NCBI GenBank assembly: GCA_964247055.1
Contig: OZ176051.1
Coordinates: forward strand, 15,004,001 to 15,068,000
Direction of reading: 5' to 3'
From: Paragordius varius
Lineage: Eukaryota; Animalia; Nematomorpha
Length of the DNA stretch: 64,000 nt
Position numbers and translations under genes: made by a program. Below the pieces are notes generated by a model, which ran no database searches, was not told the origin of the DNA, and worked only from the letters and a program-made list of their open reading frames with translations. Below are positions 52,591 through 64,000 of the stretch, in pieces. Numbering within the stretch: position 1 is the stretch's first letter; every line of letters begins with the position of its first letter.

Positions 52591-53569
52591 TTGTTAAATA
52601 ATAAGATACAACTTATATATTGTGAAGAAGTTAACAAAATATAAATATCAAAATATGACTTTCATAGACGATTCATGTCTTATATATACCTTTTTAACAT
52701 AATATCAGAGTTCATTTAACCTATTAATGTCCAACTGTTAACAACCAAACAAGTTTTTTAACAATAATTTAAATAGGTTCTCAATAAAACAATTTAATAA
52801 ACAATAATATGAATTTTTTTCTTAATAAATAATAAAATTAAGTAGTAAATATAATGACATATATATCAAGTTATTTCAGAAAAAGTAAAATACCATCTAA
52901 GTGAAGTATGTCGGTTAAAGAGTTTGATATTTTTTTAAATATCACCTCCTTAAATTCTAACCTATGACAAAATAGGAGGTAATAGCCATTAAATTATATT
53001 TGGAAAATTTTATTAATCTTGAGTTTTCCGCGTGAAATTTTTCTTATACTCTCTAATTGATAAAACAGCACATCCGCTAAATATGTCCTCCTTAGGCAAG
53101 AAAATAATATCTTACACAATGTGCTTATTTTTATAGTAAGAACTACCATTAATTTATAATGATCATAGTATTGTACCATACCTTTTATTAAAAGAAAGGT
53201 TGATTATATGAATATAGATTTTATCTATCAGTATTTTGGTTAATGACATGATAAAGACCCTAAAAATTTAATTTGCAAATATATTAGCAAGTATTAAAAT
53301 GACAATTTAAGAAAAAATTATAAAATCTTATTTAGATGTTTGTTTCTATTCGGGAAAAAAACTTTATAAAATTATTTAATAACATATTGCTAACTTGGTT
53401 AATTTTTTTTACTCTAGAGTTTTACGAATTTAAGAAAATTTGAAGCATTCTAATCTATATTCTTCTAGACAAAAACTGAGAATTAACTTTTTGGTCTTGT
53501 TTTAGATGAAATTTTTAGTTTTCTAATAAGGCTTTTCACATCCATATTTAACTATATTAAAGCTAATAG

Positions 53570-56500
53570 GCGTCGGTTCAGATTCCAGTTAATCGAGAGC
53601 CTATCCCAAATTTTGCTCCGAATCCATCTAAATGCAAAGGTCATCTGCGTAGGAGAGTTCCTGGAAAAAGACGTTGGGAAACTTAGAGTGCAACTTTGTT
53701 ACTATTAATTCCATTGCCAAGTTGAGAGTTTTGGTGACAGAGGGCATCCTTGCTTCAGACCTCGTTCCGAATAATAGTCCGAACGCAGTGGCGTACCGAG
53801 CATTTGCGGCGCCTGGGGCATAAAACTCTTATGGCGCCCCGTCCCCCTCCTCTTTTTGAAAACCAATAAAACAATTTAGTAAAAAAAATACAAACGTTGC
53901 AACTAGGTCACATCTAATAGTTGAACTTGAAAAAAGAGATAAATATTTTCAATATTCCACAGGTCACAACAATAACATCTTGTTTTGCTACCGTAACTCC
54001 TAAATTCAAGTGATAATCCTCACAGTTGACAAATATTGCTCTTTTATTTTTTTTCCAGACATCACAGTTGCATTATCATAGCATTAAGATCTACAATTTG
54101 ATAACTGAATATTATCCATATTTCGATTTTCTATAATGACCTTTTCAATTGACATTTCATCTATGAATAACTGAAAAAAACGCAAAAGGATTCTTTTATG
54201 ATCATAATCAATGCATACCTCACAACTTGAGAAATTTGTTCTCGGTGGGCTATATCCGGCCTTAAATGAATTATAAGTCCATAATATTTACTTTTTTTAT
54301 GTCATCGATCAACTTAGCTTTAACTGTTGAAGCTAAAAGATGTATAAACTTGTTTTGGATTTTGGGTGAAACATAGGATAAAGTTGTGGGAGATTCAGTG
54401 TTTCTCATGAGTTCACCCATTATTGGGTCAAACTGAGCTACAGGTTTTAGTAGATAAGAGGTTTCTAGGATTCGGTGCTGAGGCATTTAGATACATTAAA
54501 CTTATAACATGTATAGAAGGGAGATCTTGGGTGATTAATTTCATGCAGGCCAATTTTCAATATAAAATATTTCGCCATCGATCCTTCCGAATGTATGTGA
54601 GCTTCTAGAGCAGAATAAATTCCTGTTTTATTTATCAGTCTTCTTTCGGCCTCTTTCAAATGCTTTCCCATGATTGAGGCTATTTTCATGATGGATTAAT
54701 CTATCTTTTATCCTTCATTTATTAAAATCATGCGTAGTTATAAGAGATGATGGTAAAGAATTAGATCAATCAAAAAGTAGGCAACAAAAAGAATACACAG
54801 ATTTGTTCTTTGATAATAAAATCAAAGACCTCTCAAATTTAAATCCTTCTTTTATTACCGACACGTCGAAAAAAAACCAAGCTTGGGGCATCGAACGATA
54901 ATTTTTTGTGTAAAGAGATTGCATTTATTTTTAAATCCTTAATATCCACGAATAAATCTTTCTGTGTGGAGTTGATTAGATATTAGGGGAACATTATTAA
55001 TAAATTTTAAAAAGGCGACATCATTATACTCTATAGGTATAGCGCTTGGAATTACTAATGGTATATTTGTAGTTTTCTCATCTCTATTTGTTGGACCAAT
55101 AACGAAGGTTTCTGGTGTATTTAAGTAATTATATTAAGAGGTACCGTTATATTTGTGTCGCATACCCTTTTTCAATGTTAGGGCCAGATATTTTCGTTAA
55201 ATAAGATTTCATACTCATTCGCATTTTATTTGCTTTTATCTCTTCCTGGATTTTTCGTTTATTTGCGAAACGCTAAGTTTAGGCATTGATATTTGATAAA
55301 AATGAAAGTAATCAAGTGTAGATTAATTATAAAAACCTACTTTGTTAAAAATGAGACCTTAGGGATTTAAATAATATATTGGGTTTAATATTGAATATAA
55401 TAAAAAAAAATAAAATTATTAATAATAAGAATAAGCGAAAAGGTTTTGAACAGAGATAGAAATATAATTTAATAAAAGGCAATTAAAGAATTAACAATGC
55501 GTGATAAAGAAACGTTTTTTTAGAAAAAAATATTTGTTTTTTGCATAATGTTTTCTCTTGATCTCATTTATATAATTTTATATTATTTTAGCGATTGTTA
55601 CGTAAATAGCTGATGAAAGTTGTTATTTTGCATAATTTAAATTTAATTAAAAAAAATCATTTAGGCGCCCCTAAATAACGGCGCCCGGGGCATGATGCAC
55701 CCCCTTGTCCCCCCCATCGGTACGCCACTGTCCGAACAGGTCGTTTCAACTGCCACCTGACTACGTGTTCTACTATCAAGTGAATTATAAAGTTCTTAAA
55801 ATTTTCCTCCATGTCAACCCTCTTCAGCAAACGCATGACGTGCTTCCTATCCAATCCCTTACTTATATCCAGGTAGCCCAGGTAGAGAGGGTGGGCGTTT
55901 GCTTTTCTCGATGAAAATTACCAAAGAACAGAATAGGTCCATTGTTCCTCCCCACCTAAAACCACAGATTGCAAGATGCAGTTCATCATCAAAGGACTGA
56001 AGTCTAGACAGGGCAATGTTGGCCAATACTTTATACACTGTGTTCACGACCTGTAATCATTATAAAATGGCTGGGTTCCTGCTTTGCAATATTGATTAAC
56101 TCATATTCCACCCTTCCCTCCATCAATATACAAATAGGACGTTGTCGGTGCACCAATCAATTTCTTTTTTCCAAACATCAGCTGCCCTGTGGTCTTGTCC
56201 TGTACATTTATAGTTTCGGAAGAATTCAATACCTGATAACGTCATCCTGGGCCGCTTTATTATCCCCCAACAATATGTAATGGCGGTGCAGACCCACATT
56301 TTTTTGACAGTCTATTACCAGCCTGCCATGAGAATGCAGACTAGTGGAGGGCCTGGGCCGTCGAAGCAGAAAGTGAATCATAAAAAAATGTTTCCTTGAG
56401 TGCTTCTCATTAGCTGCTAGCCTAGAAAAATATCGTGAAGCAAACGTCTTCCTGTTGCGTTTCAAGCAATTCACATTGGCTTTGATCCATGCTCTGCGGC

Positions 56501-57360
56501 GACTCGTGTAACACTTATTCCGTATCGCTTAAGGAAATCGTTTAGTCCACTCAGATAACCAATCCTCGTAGACAGCACGCCTTTGCCTGTTTGGAAGTGA
56601 GTTCACCAAGCACTATGGTTCATTTAGATTTTGGAACTATTAAGGGCCGCGGAGGAATCCATGTCACCTGTAATTCAGCGCAGATCAAGAGATGATCGCT
56701 AATTAGGTCGTTGTTGATCAAGCAACCAACATTCTTAACCATCGACACGTCTTTCTCTCGTACAATGACGAAATAAATTTGGGAAGGGCACACATTTATT
56801 GCAATTTTTGTGTACGGACCATGTTGGCCATTTAGAAAAAAAGTGTTGCCAACAGTAGACTTCAGTCATCTCAAAAGGATGCAAAAAGTTTACCAGCCTT
56901 GGTGGAAACAGTTAGAGTGTGTCTTCCAATATAGACCACGAAGATATGTTTTTTCTCACTCTGCACTTCATATGACCAAATATCAGTAGACGATTTCGTG
57001 CCGGAACCGAATGTAGAATTAAGTTTCAATCGTTCAAAAATTCAGCATAGTCCGAGACATCATAAGGGCCGTGGGCACTAATAAGCGTATAGTGTTTTTA
57101 ATTTTTATTTGGAGCTCGGCCAAATGAGAATGCGGTACCTAATTAATAACCCGTCGCAGAATATTGCGCCTTTCCAAGAACCAAACTCCTCCAGACATAT
57201 TTGCTTTGCTGATAAAGAGAGTGAAGTGCTGACCAAATTTTTGGCAACCATCGAAGGTGCAGCGAGTTTCCTGAAGGCAAAGAAGTTAAAGGGAGATATT
57301 TGAGCAAATCCTTCTTACCTTCGCCAAATGCCAGAAATACTCCAAGAGCCAAACTTGAGG
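53570..57360 (-). mobile_element. Degenerate APE-RT non-LTR retrotransposon (LINE; RTE/CR1/L2-like), split by a hAT insertion
   Basis: APE motifs LQET (~57270), SGGV, LISAHGP, KWPTW and SDHLLI (56700-56683). RT motifs NTVYKVLA...CGFR, LDISK, then beyond the insertion KQGCPLSP (~53735-53755) and YADD (53651-53640). Confidence 0.9.
53786..55730 (-). mobile_element. Internally deleted hAT DNA transposon (ZMYM1/DUF4371-type transposase relic), 1945 bp
   Basis: 14-bp TIR CAGTGGCGTACCGA at both ends. 8-bp TSD TCCGAACG (53778-53785) / TCCGAACA (55731-55738). Fragments FDPIMGELM...YVSPKIQNKFIHLLA and CYDNATVMSG...FVNC..HLNL. Confidence 0.92.
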
Positions 57361-57535
57361 AGATATGGGGTAGGCATATGAATACAGAAGCGGAGCAAAT
57401 AATAAAATTAAATAGTTCGATATATGATGCAATATAGTTTTGATTCAGTAAAAGACGTGATCAACTCATAAACAAGTGTTGAGTTGTGGTAACATTTTTT
57501 TAATTATCAAATAATAATTTTTCGGATTGTTTTAA

Positions 57536-58115
57536 CACTTGGATACAACACACTCATTTTAGTCCTTCGATTCAAATTGGGGTAGTTGGATACCCCAGGC
57601 CTGTTTAAAATTAAATTCTTCAAAAAATATAGAAGGAATCGAAACCATGGCAAAATTTTGCACTTATCTAACATTAATAAACCGAAATATATAAAAAATT
57701 TTATTCAAAAATACTTGATATTACTTATTTTAAGCTAAAACCGAAAGGTAAAAATTTCGTCAACGTGACATATGTCAAATTGTAAAATTGAAAATTTATA
57801 CAAACTAAACCGCTTTTTCTATTTCTTTCAATGTTAGATGTAATTTATATAAAAAATTAGCTTTAGTTTTACCCTTAAAATTAAAAAAAGACGCTATTTT
57901 GCAAAAATTTTGTAAAATAAAAATGGCGTCGAAGTAGTATGAGATGGAGCTTTTTTTCAAAACAAAATTTTATCAAGATATTTGGCATATTTATATAATA
58001 TTTATCAGGATAGAGGCATAAATTTAATTTGGGACCGTTTCCTTCAGTAGTTTTTGAAAAATATTAATTTTAATTTAGTCTGGGGTATTTAGATACCCCA
58101 ATTTGAATCGAAGTG
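57536..58115. mobile_element. TTAA-flanked piggyBac-type MITE, copy 2 (580 bp)
   Basis: TTAA at 57532-57535 and 58116-58119; high identity to 2652-3234. Confidence 0.85.
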
Positions 58116-58139
58116 TTAATGGCCATTTGACACCTTATT

Positions 58140-58660
58140 TTACATTATTCTTTGAGTTATTTCAATGAATATATATTTTTTTAAAGTCAAGTCATCACAA
58201 AAAATATTGATGTATATCGTGAACTTGAAGAACATAATTTAGATTTTTATTAAATAAACTTATAATCATGGTGTACCAATTATGTCAATTAACAAATTGT
58301 GTAATATAATGATGATTATTATTCATAGTTATTTAAAAGTCTATGTGCCCTAGTGCCGTTTTGATGAATGCTTAACTTATGATATGGGGTTTTTGGTATT
58401 TTAATAGATTTGATCGCGTATATAAAGAGCTGAGGCAATGACCACTTTGCTTGAAGGCGTTTATAGGGGAAGTTATTTGGAATTCAGGCTCTGTGTATTA
58501 GTGTAATCATAACCCATGTTTTTGTGACGGGTGATGATGTTATAAATATATGAGATAGAGATTTGTCTGGATATACTTTTGATAAAATGATTATAAAAAA
58601 TTAGCTTTTGACTTGGTGAAGATATCAAGGAAAAAAATTGACAATTTATTAATTTTAAAC
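58140..58660 (+). pseudogene. Probable M13-like fragment; direct paralog at 60320-60665
   Basis: 58140-58480 and 60320-60665 are clearly homologous. Translations include YCPSAVLMNAYL (cf. P..VNAYY) and LFGIQALCISVIITHVF (cf. NYG..G..IGHEITHGF). Many stops. Confidence 0.4.
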
Positions 58661-60319
58661 AAAAGTTAGTGAATAAGAGTTAACCTATATTAACTCAAAA
58701 TACAATTAATTTTAATATTTTTATCGCATTCATAGTATGTGATTATTTATATTTAAAATGTTTCTTTGTTTCTTAAATATTAACAAAAAAGGTATAAAAC
58801 CCTTATATTATATCAATTTTATTTAACTTGGTAAAATTTCTACCAGATCGAATAGTTTGTAATTTTTTTAGCGTAATAACTGTCGAGCAAGTCGTTTTGA
58901 ATAAATGCAAATATTGACATTTTCTATAAAAAAAACGTATCACGCACAAGTTTAATGGAATGATTTTGCCAAAATATATAAAATTAGGGTCGGTTGTAAA
59001 TATTAAAGGATTTTTCTTCGTATAAAATAAAAAATCAGGCTTGACAAAGTTTATCAATTTTGGGATTATAAACAACTGAATTGAATGAATTTTGGAATAC
59101 TACAAGTAGTCCAACCTAAAAATTATATAAAAATATACACTTTTTAAATTATTATATATTTTAATTCTAATAAAAATCTTAAAAAATTAAAATATTTTTT
59201 AATACCTGCAATTTAAGATACAGTTAGGGGAGTTATTATTGATCATTTTGATTTAAAACTTGACTTTTTGGGGGTAGTTATCTATCCCATTGTGATTTAA
59301 TAGTGAAGGCCAAATTTAAAAATATGTCTTTACCCTTGTAGGCCCATAATACATTTTTTTTAAAAAAATAAAATTGGAATAATATTTATCTAAAACTTTT
59401 CGCCACTTTTTTTCTTTTATTTTTCTAAATGCTAATACAAGGGAAATAAATGCATATTATCCCAGAAGATACTAAAAATATTTAACGGGAATCATAAGTA
59501 TTAAAAGCTATATAAATCCATTTGATATTGACAGTAAAGTTTGATGAAATCTTTAAATATTCAGATAGAAAAATATCATAATAATTAAATTTTAAATAGA
59601 GTAAAAATTGATACGTACAAAACGTAAAAATATAAAGAAAAATATATTTTTTAAAAGAAAACCCTACTTTTTATATCTTAATATTACTAATATAAAATAT
59701 ATATTTACCTACCACTGAATAAATTGATGGGGTTATTCACATCTGTATTTGATACATTTTTGATTAGAATAATGAGTTATATTAAAAAATAACAATGGTT
59801 TATAAGTATAATTGTCTTTTGAAAAAAAATATTTGTCTGTATATTTTTACGTTTTGTCCTTATAATTTTAATTTTTACTGTAAATATATGTGTCTTTGCG
59901 ATCTCATATTTATAACTATAATTTTAAAGGAGCTGAGCCGAGATAAGTTGATTAATGGGGATTACTTGCCAGATAATTGTTAAAAAGAAAACGGTATATT
60001 ATATTTTAATATTTTTGTTTGTTTAAACATTTTTTGAACATCCAATATAATATCAATTTGGATGTTTTAAGGTATGCTAAACAACGATACCGATTATGAT
60101 TCTGAAACTGAATGCAATCTATCTTTCCAACCATATATAATAAATTTTGTTCAGTTTATCTAATAAAAACTAACAATATTAAAGGATTTTTTTAACTTTG
60201 GTCAGCTGATTTCAACGCTTTTTCAGCAAGATAACCTTATTTATCAATTCATAAACAAGGTTAGTGGTAAATTTTTTTAATTATCAAGCAATAAATTTTT
60301 AGATTTGGCCATTTTTATT

Positions 60320-60665
60320 TTACATTATTCTCTAAGATATTTCAATGATTGTTATATTTAGAATTTTTAAAAGTCAAGTCATCACAGAAAATCATAGAAA
60401 AATATCGTCAACTTGAGGAACATAATTATCAGTAGATTTTTTATTATGTACATTCATAATCATGATGTACCAATTCTGTTTAATAAATTTTGTGGTATAA
60501 ATATTGTAAATCAGAGCTGCATAAAAGTGTATTGCCCTAGTGCCGTTTTGATGAATGCTTATCTTATGATATCGGGTTCTGCTAATTCGAATAGATTTGA
60601 TTGAGTATTTAAAGAAGCTGAAACAATGTCCACTTTGCTTAAAGGCGTTCATAAGGGATGTTTAA
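60320..60665 (+). pseudogene. Probable M13-like fragment, duplicate of 58140-58480
   Basis: EKYRQLEEHNY, HNHDVPILFNKFCG, PSAVLMNAYL and RFD*VFKEAETMSTLLKGVHKG, with conservative differences from the 58-kb copy. Confidence 0.4.
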
Positions 60666-60943
60666 AATGATAATATAGGATTTGATTGATAAAAGTTGAA
60701 AACAAACCAAAAAATAAGGACCAACTTAAAGTGTTCAAATTCCTTGAAATGTTCAAGGACCAACTTGAAATATTCAAGATAACTCTTGAAGTTTAAATAG
60801 TGTATTATGATGATTAATTCGTAAAATATACTGGTTATCATTTAAATTTTAAAATAATTATTTAGCCTTTTTATGGTAGGCATAAATGTGTTTATTATAC
60901 ATTTTAATTTTTTTCATAGGTGAAAAACACAATCTCTTAGCAT

Positions 60944-61166
60944 CAGAAGTGTAGCTGGGGGCCTGATAAGCGCCAGGCGCTGGGGCGCCGGATTTTAAAT
61001 TTTTTTAATATCATTTTAAACGTAGAATATTTATTATTTTAAATAATACATAAAAGTATCCCATATATGAATGGTCATCACTAAGGTTGGAATTTGACTA
61101 TTTTTTCTAAAATGCAAGGGATGCATGGAGGGGTAGGGTTTGCCAGAAATGCAAGCTACGTCTCTG
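60944..61166. mobile_element. Small hAT-like MITE
   Basis: Imperfect TIR CAGAAGTGTAGCT / CAGAGACGTAGCT (10/13), GC-rich subterminal sequence, decayed 8-bp flanks (CTTAGCAT / CCTTGTAT). Confidence 0.4.
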
Positions 61167-62574
61167 CCTTGTATTTAATTTTGAATCTAAATAAAATTAT
61201 CAATTGTTTTTACTCAATGATTTTATATACATCATACTATTATTAATGTTTTGTGTCCCAAATCTAAAATTTAGATAATACACAACCATAGATCCTAAGA
61301 CAAAATTATTTAAACGTTAAAATAATCAAGACTTATTTTTCTTTTAATCATAATTTTGGCAGTTTTTATAAAACCTAAAAAGTCCGGAAAACATAAAATA
61401 GATGTCATTTTTATTTAAAACGCTTAAAATGTCAGATGATGAAATGCTAATAATGATTCTGATATTTAACATAACATGTGCATTGTTAACGCTACTTATA
61501 GTTTGGATGGTTTAGATATAACTTATGCTTCGTTTAACTATGGAAATTTATACAGTAAGATAAAATTTTATTAATTTCAAAAATATATTTAATTTTTGGC
61601 TTATGCAGGAATGGTAATTTGGTAGGAAAATTGTTTGTCTTTATGAAATAAAATTTATGAAACATAAATTAAAACTGCAAAATTCCAATTTCCTAATTAT
61701 CTATACTCGGAAACTAGGGTGAATGCTTATGTTCAAATTTTAATATTAGTTTCATATATTTAAATACAGTAAAAAATGATATTATACGGACTAAACGTAA
61801 AAATACAAAGACAAAAAAGTTTTTTTTAAAGGCAACCATACATTTTTAAACCTTAAATTATCCTATAATTATTTAGCAACAATCGTAAAATGTGGAATTA
61901 ATTTTTGTACCAATAAACATATTTATTTTGTCCTTTGGGGTGATTGTCTTTTAGCAAAAAATATTTGTCATTATATTTTTACGTTTTTTCCGTAGTATAA
62001 TTTCATTTTTTACTATGAATGTTTAACATGGTGTGTCTGTCTAGAGTGCAGAGTTAAATGTTTGTCAAATCGAATTTGTCAACGTCAAATAATTCTGTCG
62101 TAGTAATGAAAAAAACAAGACTCTTCTTTTTTTCTTTTAGTCATTCAGTTTCATGTTGAGAACATTATTTTACCGTTTTAACAAATATATAACATTGATA
62201 TTTTGTACATATGCTTAATAAAATGCACAAAACGAAAATTTGCAATATGAAAAACTTAGTTTTAGTTCAACTCTAGAAACGTAACCATTAATGTTTAATT
62301 TTATAACAAATAAAATTATGGTTAGAAATCAAATTATCCAAAATCAAATTTTACTTTTGAACCATTTTCTTTTGTTCTCAGCAGGTTTTAATTAATAACC
62401 AAAATTTTTAAAGTACATTAAGAAAATCTATCAAAAAATTTTATCCTTATTTGACTTTATTTTGGATATCTGAATTAAATTTATCATCCAATTTATTATA
62501 TGTAAAAATTTTAGGAGTTTTATTTAATTTTTATATTAATTTTAATATAAATATGTAAACATTTTAAGCGTTTT

Positions 62575-63995
62575 ACAGTTTGGTTGGAGGCAAAATAAGG
62601 CCATACATATATTTTTATTTTTGGTATTTGGCATTTACTAAAGCGCTTTAATCCCCATTTTTTTCCAATTGTAACAGCCTGTCCTCAATTCTGCTAATAT
62701 ATCAGTTTTTTACAAATATTGATGTATTGGAGAGGTCGAATTGCAAGATTTTAAATAGTACCGTTTTTCACATATATCCATTTTGGATTTAATGAAAAGT
62801 TTGCCAAATTTGAATTGGTGTCTCTGCATTATTGTCTACCCATTAAATACTTTTGCCTTTTAAGTGTATTAAAAGGACGCCATCTTTTGAGCTGAAATTT
62901 TATAGAAACCCTAACTCTATAAATTTAGGCTTTTTATATATTGAAAATATATCTTAAAATAATAATAAACCATAATGACTCAAATTTTATTATTATTTTT
63001 TGAATTATCCTTAATTTTCACTTTTTGCCCGATTTCAATTTTTTATTAATATTTCAAAAACTAGGTTGTAGGCAAATAAATTTTGCAGCAAATGAATACG
63101 CTCGTCATAAGTACCTCATGAAAAAAAAATTTTTGTTTTTTTGCATACAGTGTATATATATATATATATATATATATTATGATAGAAAAAATTATCAGGA
63201 ATTTCATGATACCTTAGGTTGGGTTGGCTTTACAATTTTTTTATAAAAGATATTTTGTGGAAAGTGCTCCATATCAGAAAATGGCAAAATTTGAGCACAT
63301 TTTTTAAAAAATATTAGATGAAGCAAAATGTTTCATTTCATTAAATATTACTACTATAATTTGTCATAAACTACTTAAATAAAAAACAAAACAATATTTT
63401 AGTAAAATTATAATTTTTGGAGGGGCTTCGAAGTTGCTTTTCTAAAACGTGGTTTTACGCAAAAATCCCCGGCGCGATTTAATTTCTAAATATAGTCTAT
63501 CAAAAAAAATCTTTATTAAAAAATGCATACTTTTTACAGAAATAAATTTTTAGCAAAATTTATTGAAGCGTACTTGCTTGTTTAGGCATGATGAAAACGA
63601 TTATAAATGCTATAAAAACACTTTTTCCATATATAATGATGTTGAACATTTCTATCACCTAAGAATTTAATTTTAAAAATTATTTGTATAAGTGTTTTTA
63701 TATAAAAATCACCAAAATTTGAAAGTAAACCCTTAGATTAAAATTCTGAAGCGATAGAAATAAACATTAAAATATATAGAAATGTGTTTTACATTAAAAA
63801 GCGTGTTTATAACGTTTCCATCATGTCTAGGTTGATTTAATTGGACATATGTGTTTGGTTGAATTTAAAAGCTATAAATTAATGTACAATAATGGATGCT
63901 AAAATTTATTTAAAATTCCAATTATCAGTAAATCACATGATTTAAAATAATTATTAATCACGAGGAGTGAGCCCTATAGTGTGTAATTAAAATAA
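62575..63995 (-). repeat. Dispersed repeat: inverted copies of 46530-47520 and of 43140-43295
   Basis: 62575-63610 is the reverse complement of 46530-47520; 63830-63995 is the reverse complement of 43140-43295. Confidence 0.8.
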
Positions 63996-64000
63996 AGATT

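Noticed and set aside
56640-57050. Apparent plus-strand endonuclease motifs (GRGG, VYGP) implying an inverted LINE 5' end
   Set aside because: The minus strand gives a full ordered APE motif set (LQET, SGGV, SAHGP, TW, SDH) collinear with the RT.

Overview
Very AT-rich (roughly 20-25% GC by eye) animal genomic DNA. Spliceosomal introns, a rhodopsin-class GPCR, neprilysin-like genes and LINE/Gypsy/hAT/piggyBac/Tc1-type elements point to an invertebrate metazoan; the species cannot be determined. I found no CRISPR array, rRNA or convincing tRNA. Main contents: (1) two abutting ~5-kb satellite arrays of opposite strand skew (6958-11988, 11990-16800); (2) one apparently intact 3-exon gene for an orphan 153-aa secreted protein (28804-26230, minus); (3) several highly divergent, mostly decaying M13/neprilysin-like gene copies on both strands, some with very small introns; (4) a disrupted single-exon peptide-type GPCR (50.9-49.7 kb); (5) nested transposons, including a hAT with TIR and 8-bp TSD inside an APE-RT LINE and a second 8-bp-TSD element inside an inverted repeat arm; (6) a ~117-bp dispersed GC-rich element combining a telomere-like G-quadruplex motif with two adjacent GNA-triloop hairpins; (7) a GC-rich island at 31.1-31.8 kb with an orphan ORF running into long foldback hairpins. 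Most short ORFs in the supplied track are spurious or fragments of these features. All family assignments come from manual translation and motif recognition, not database searches.
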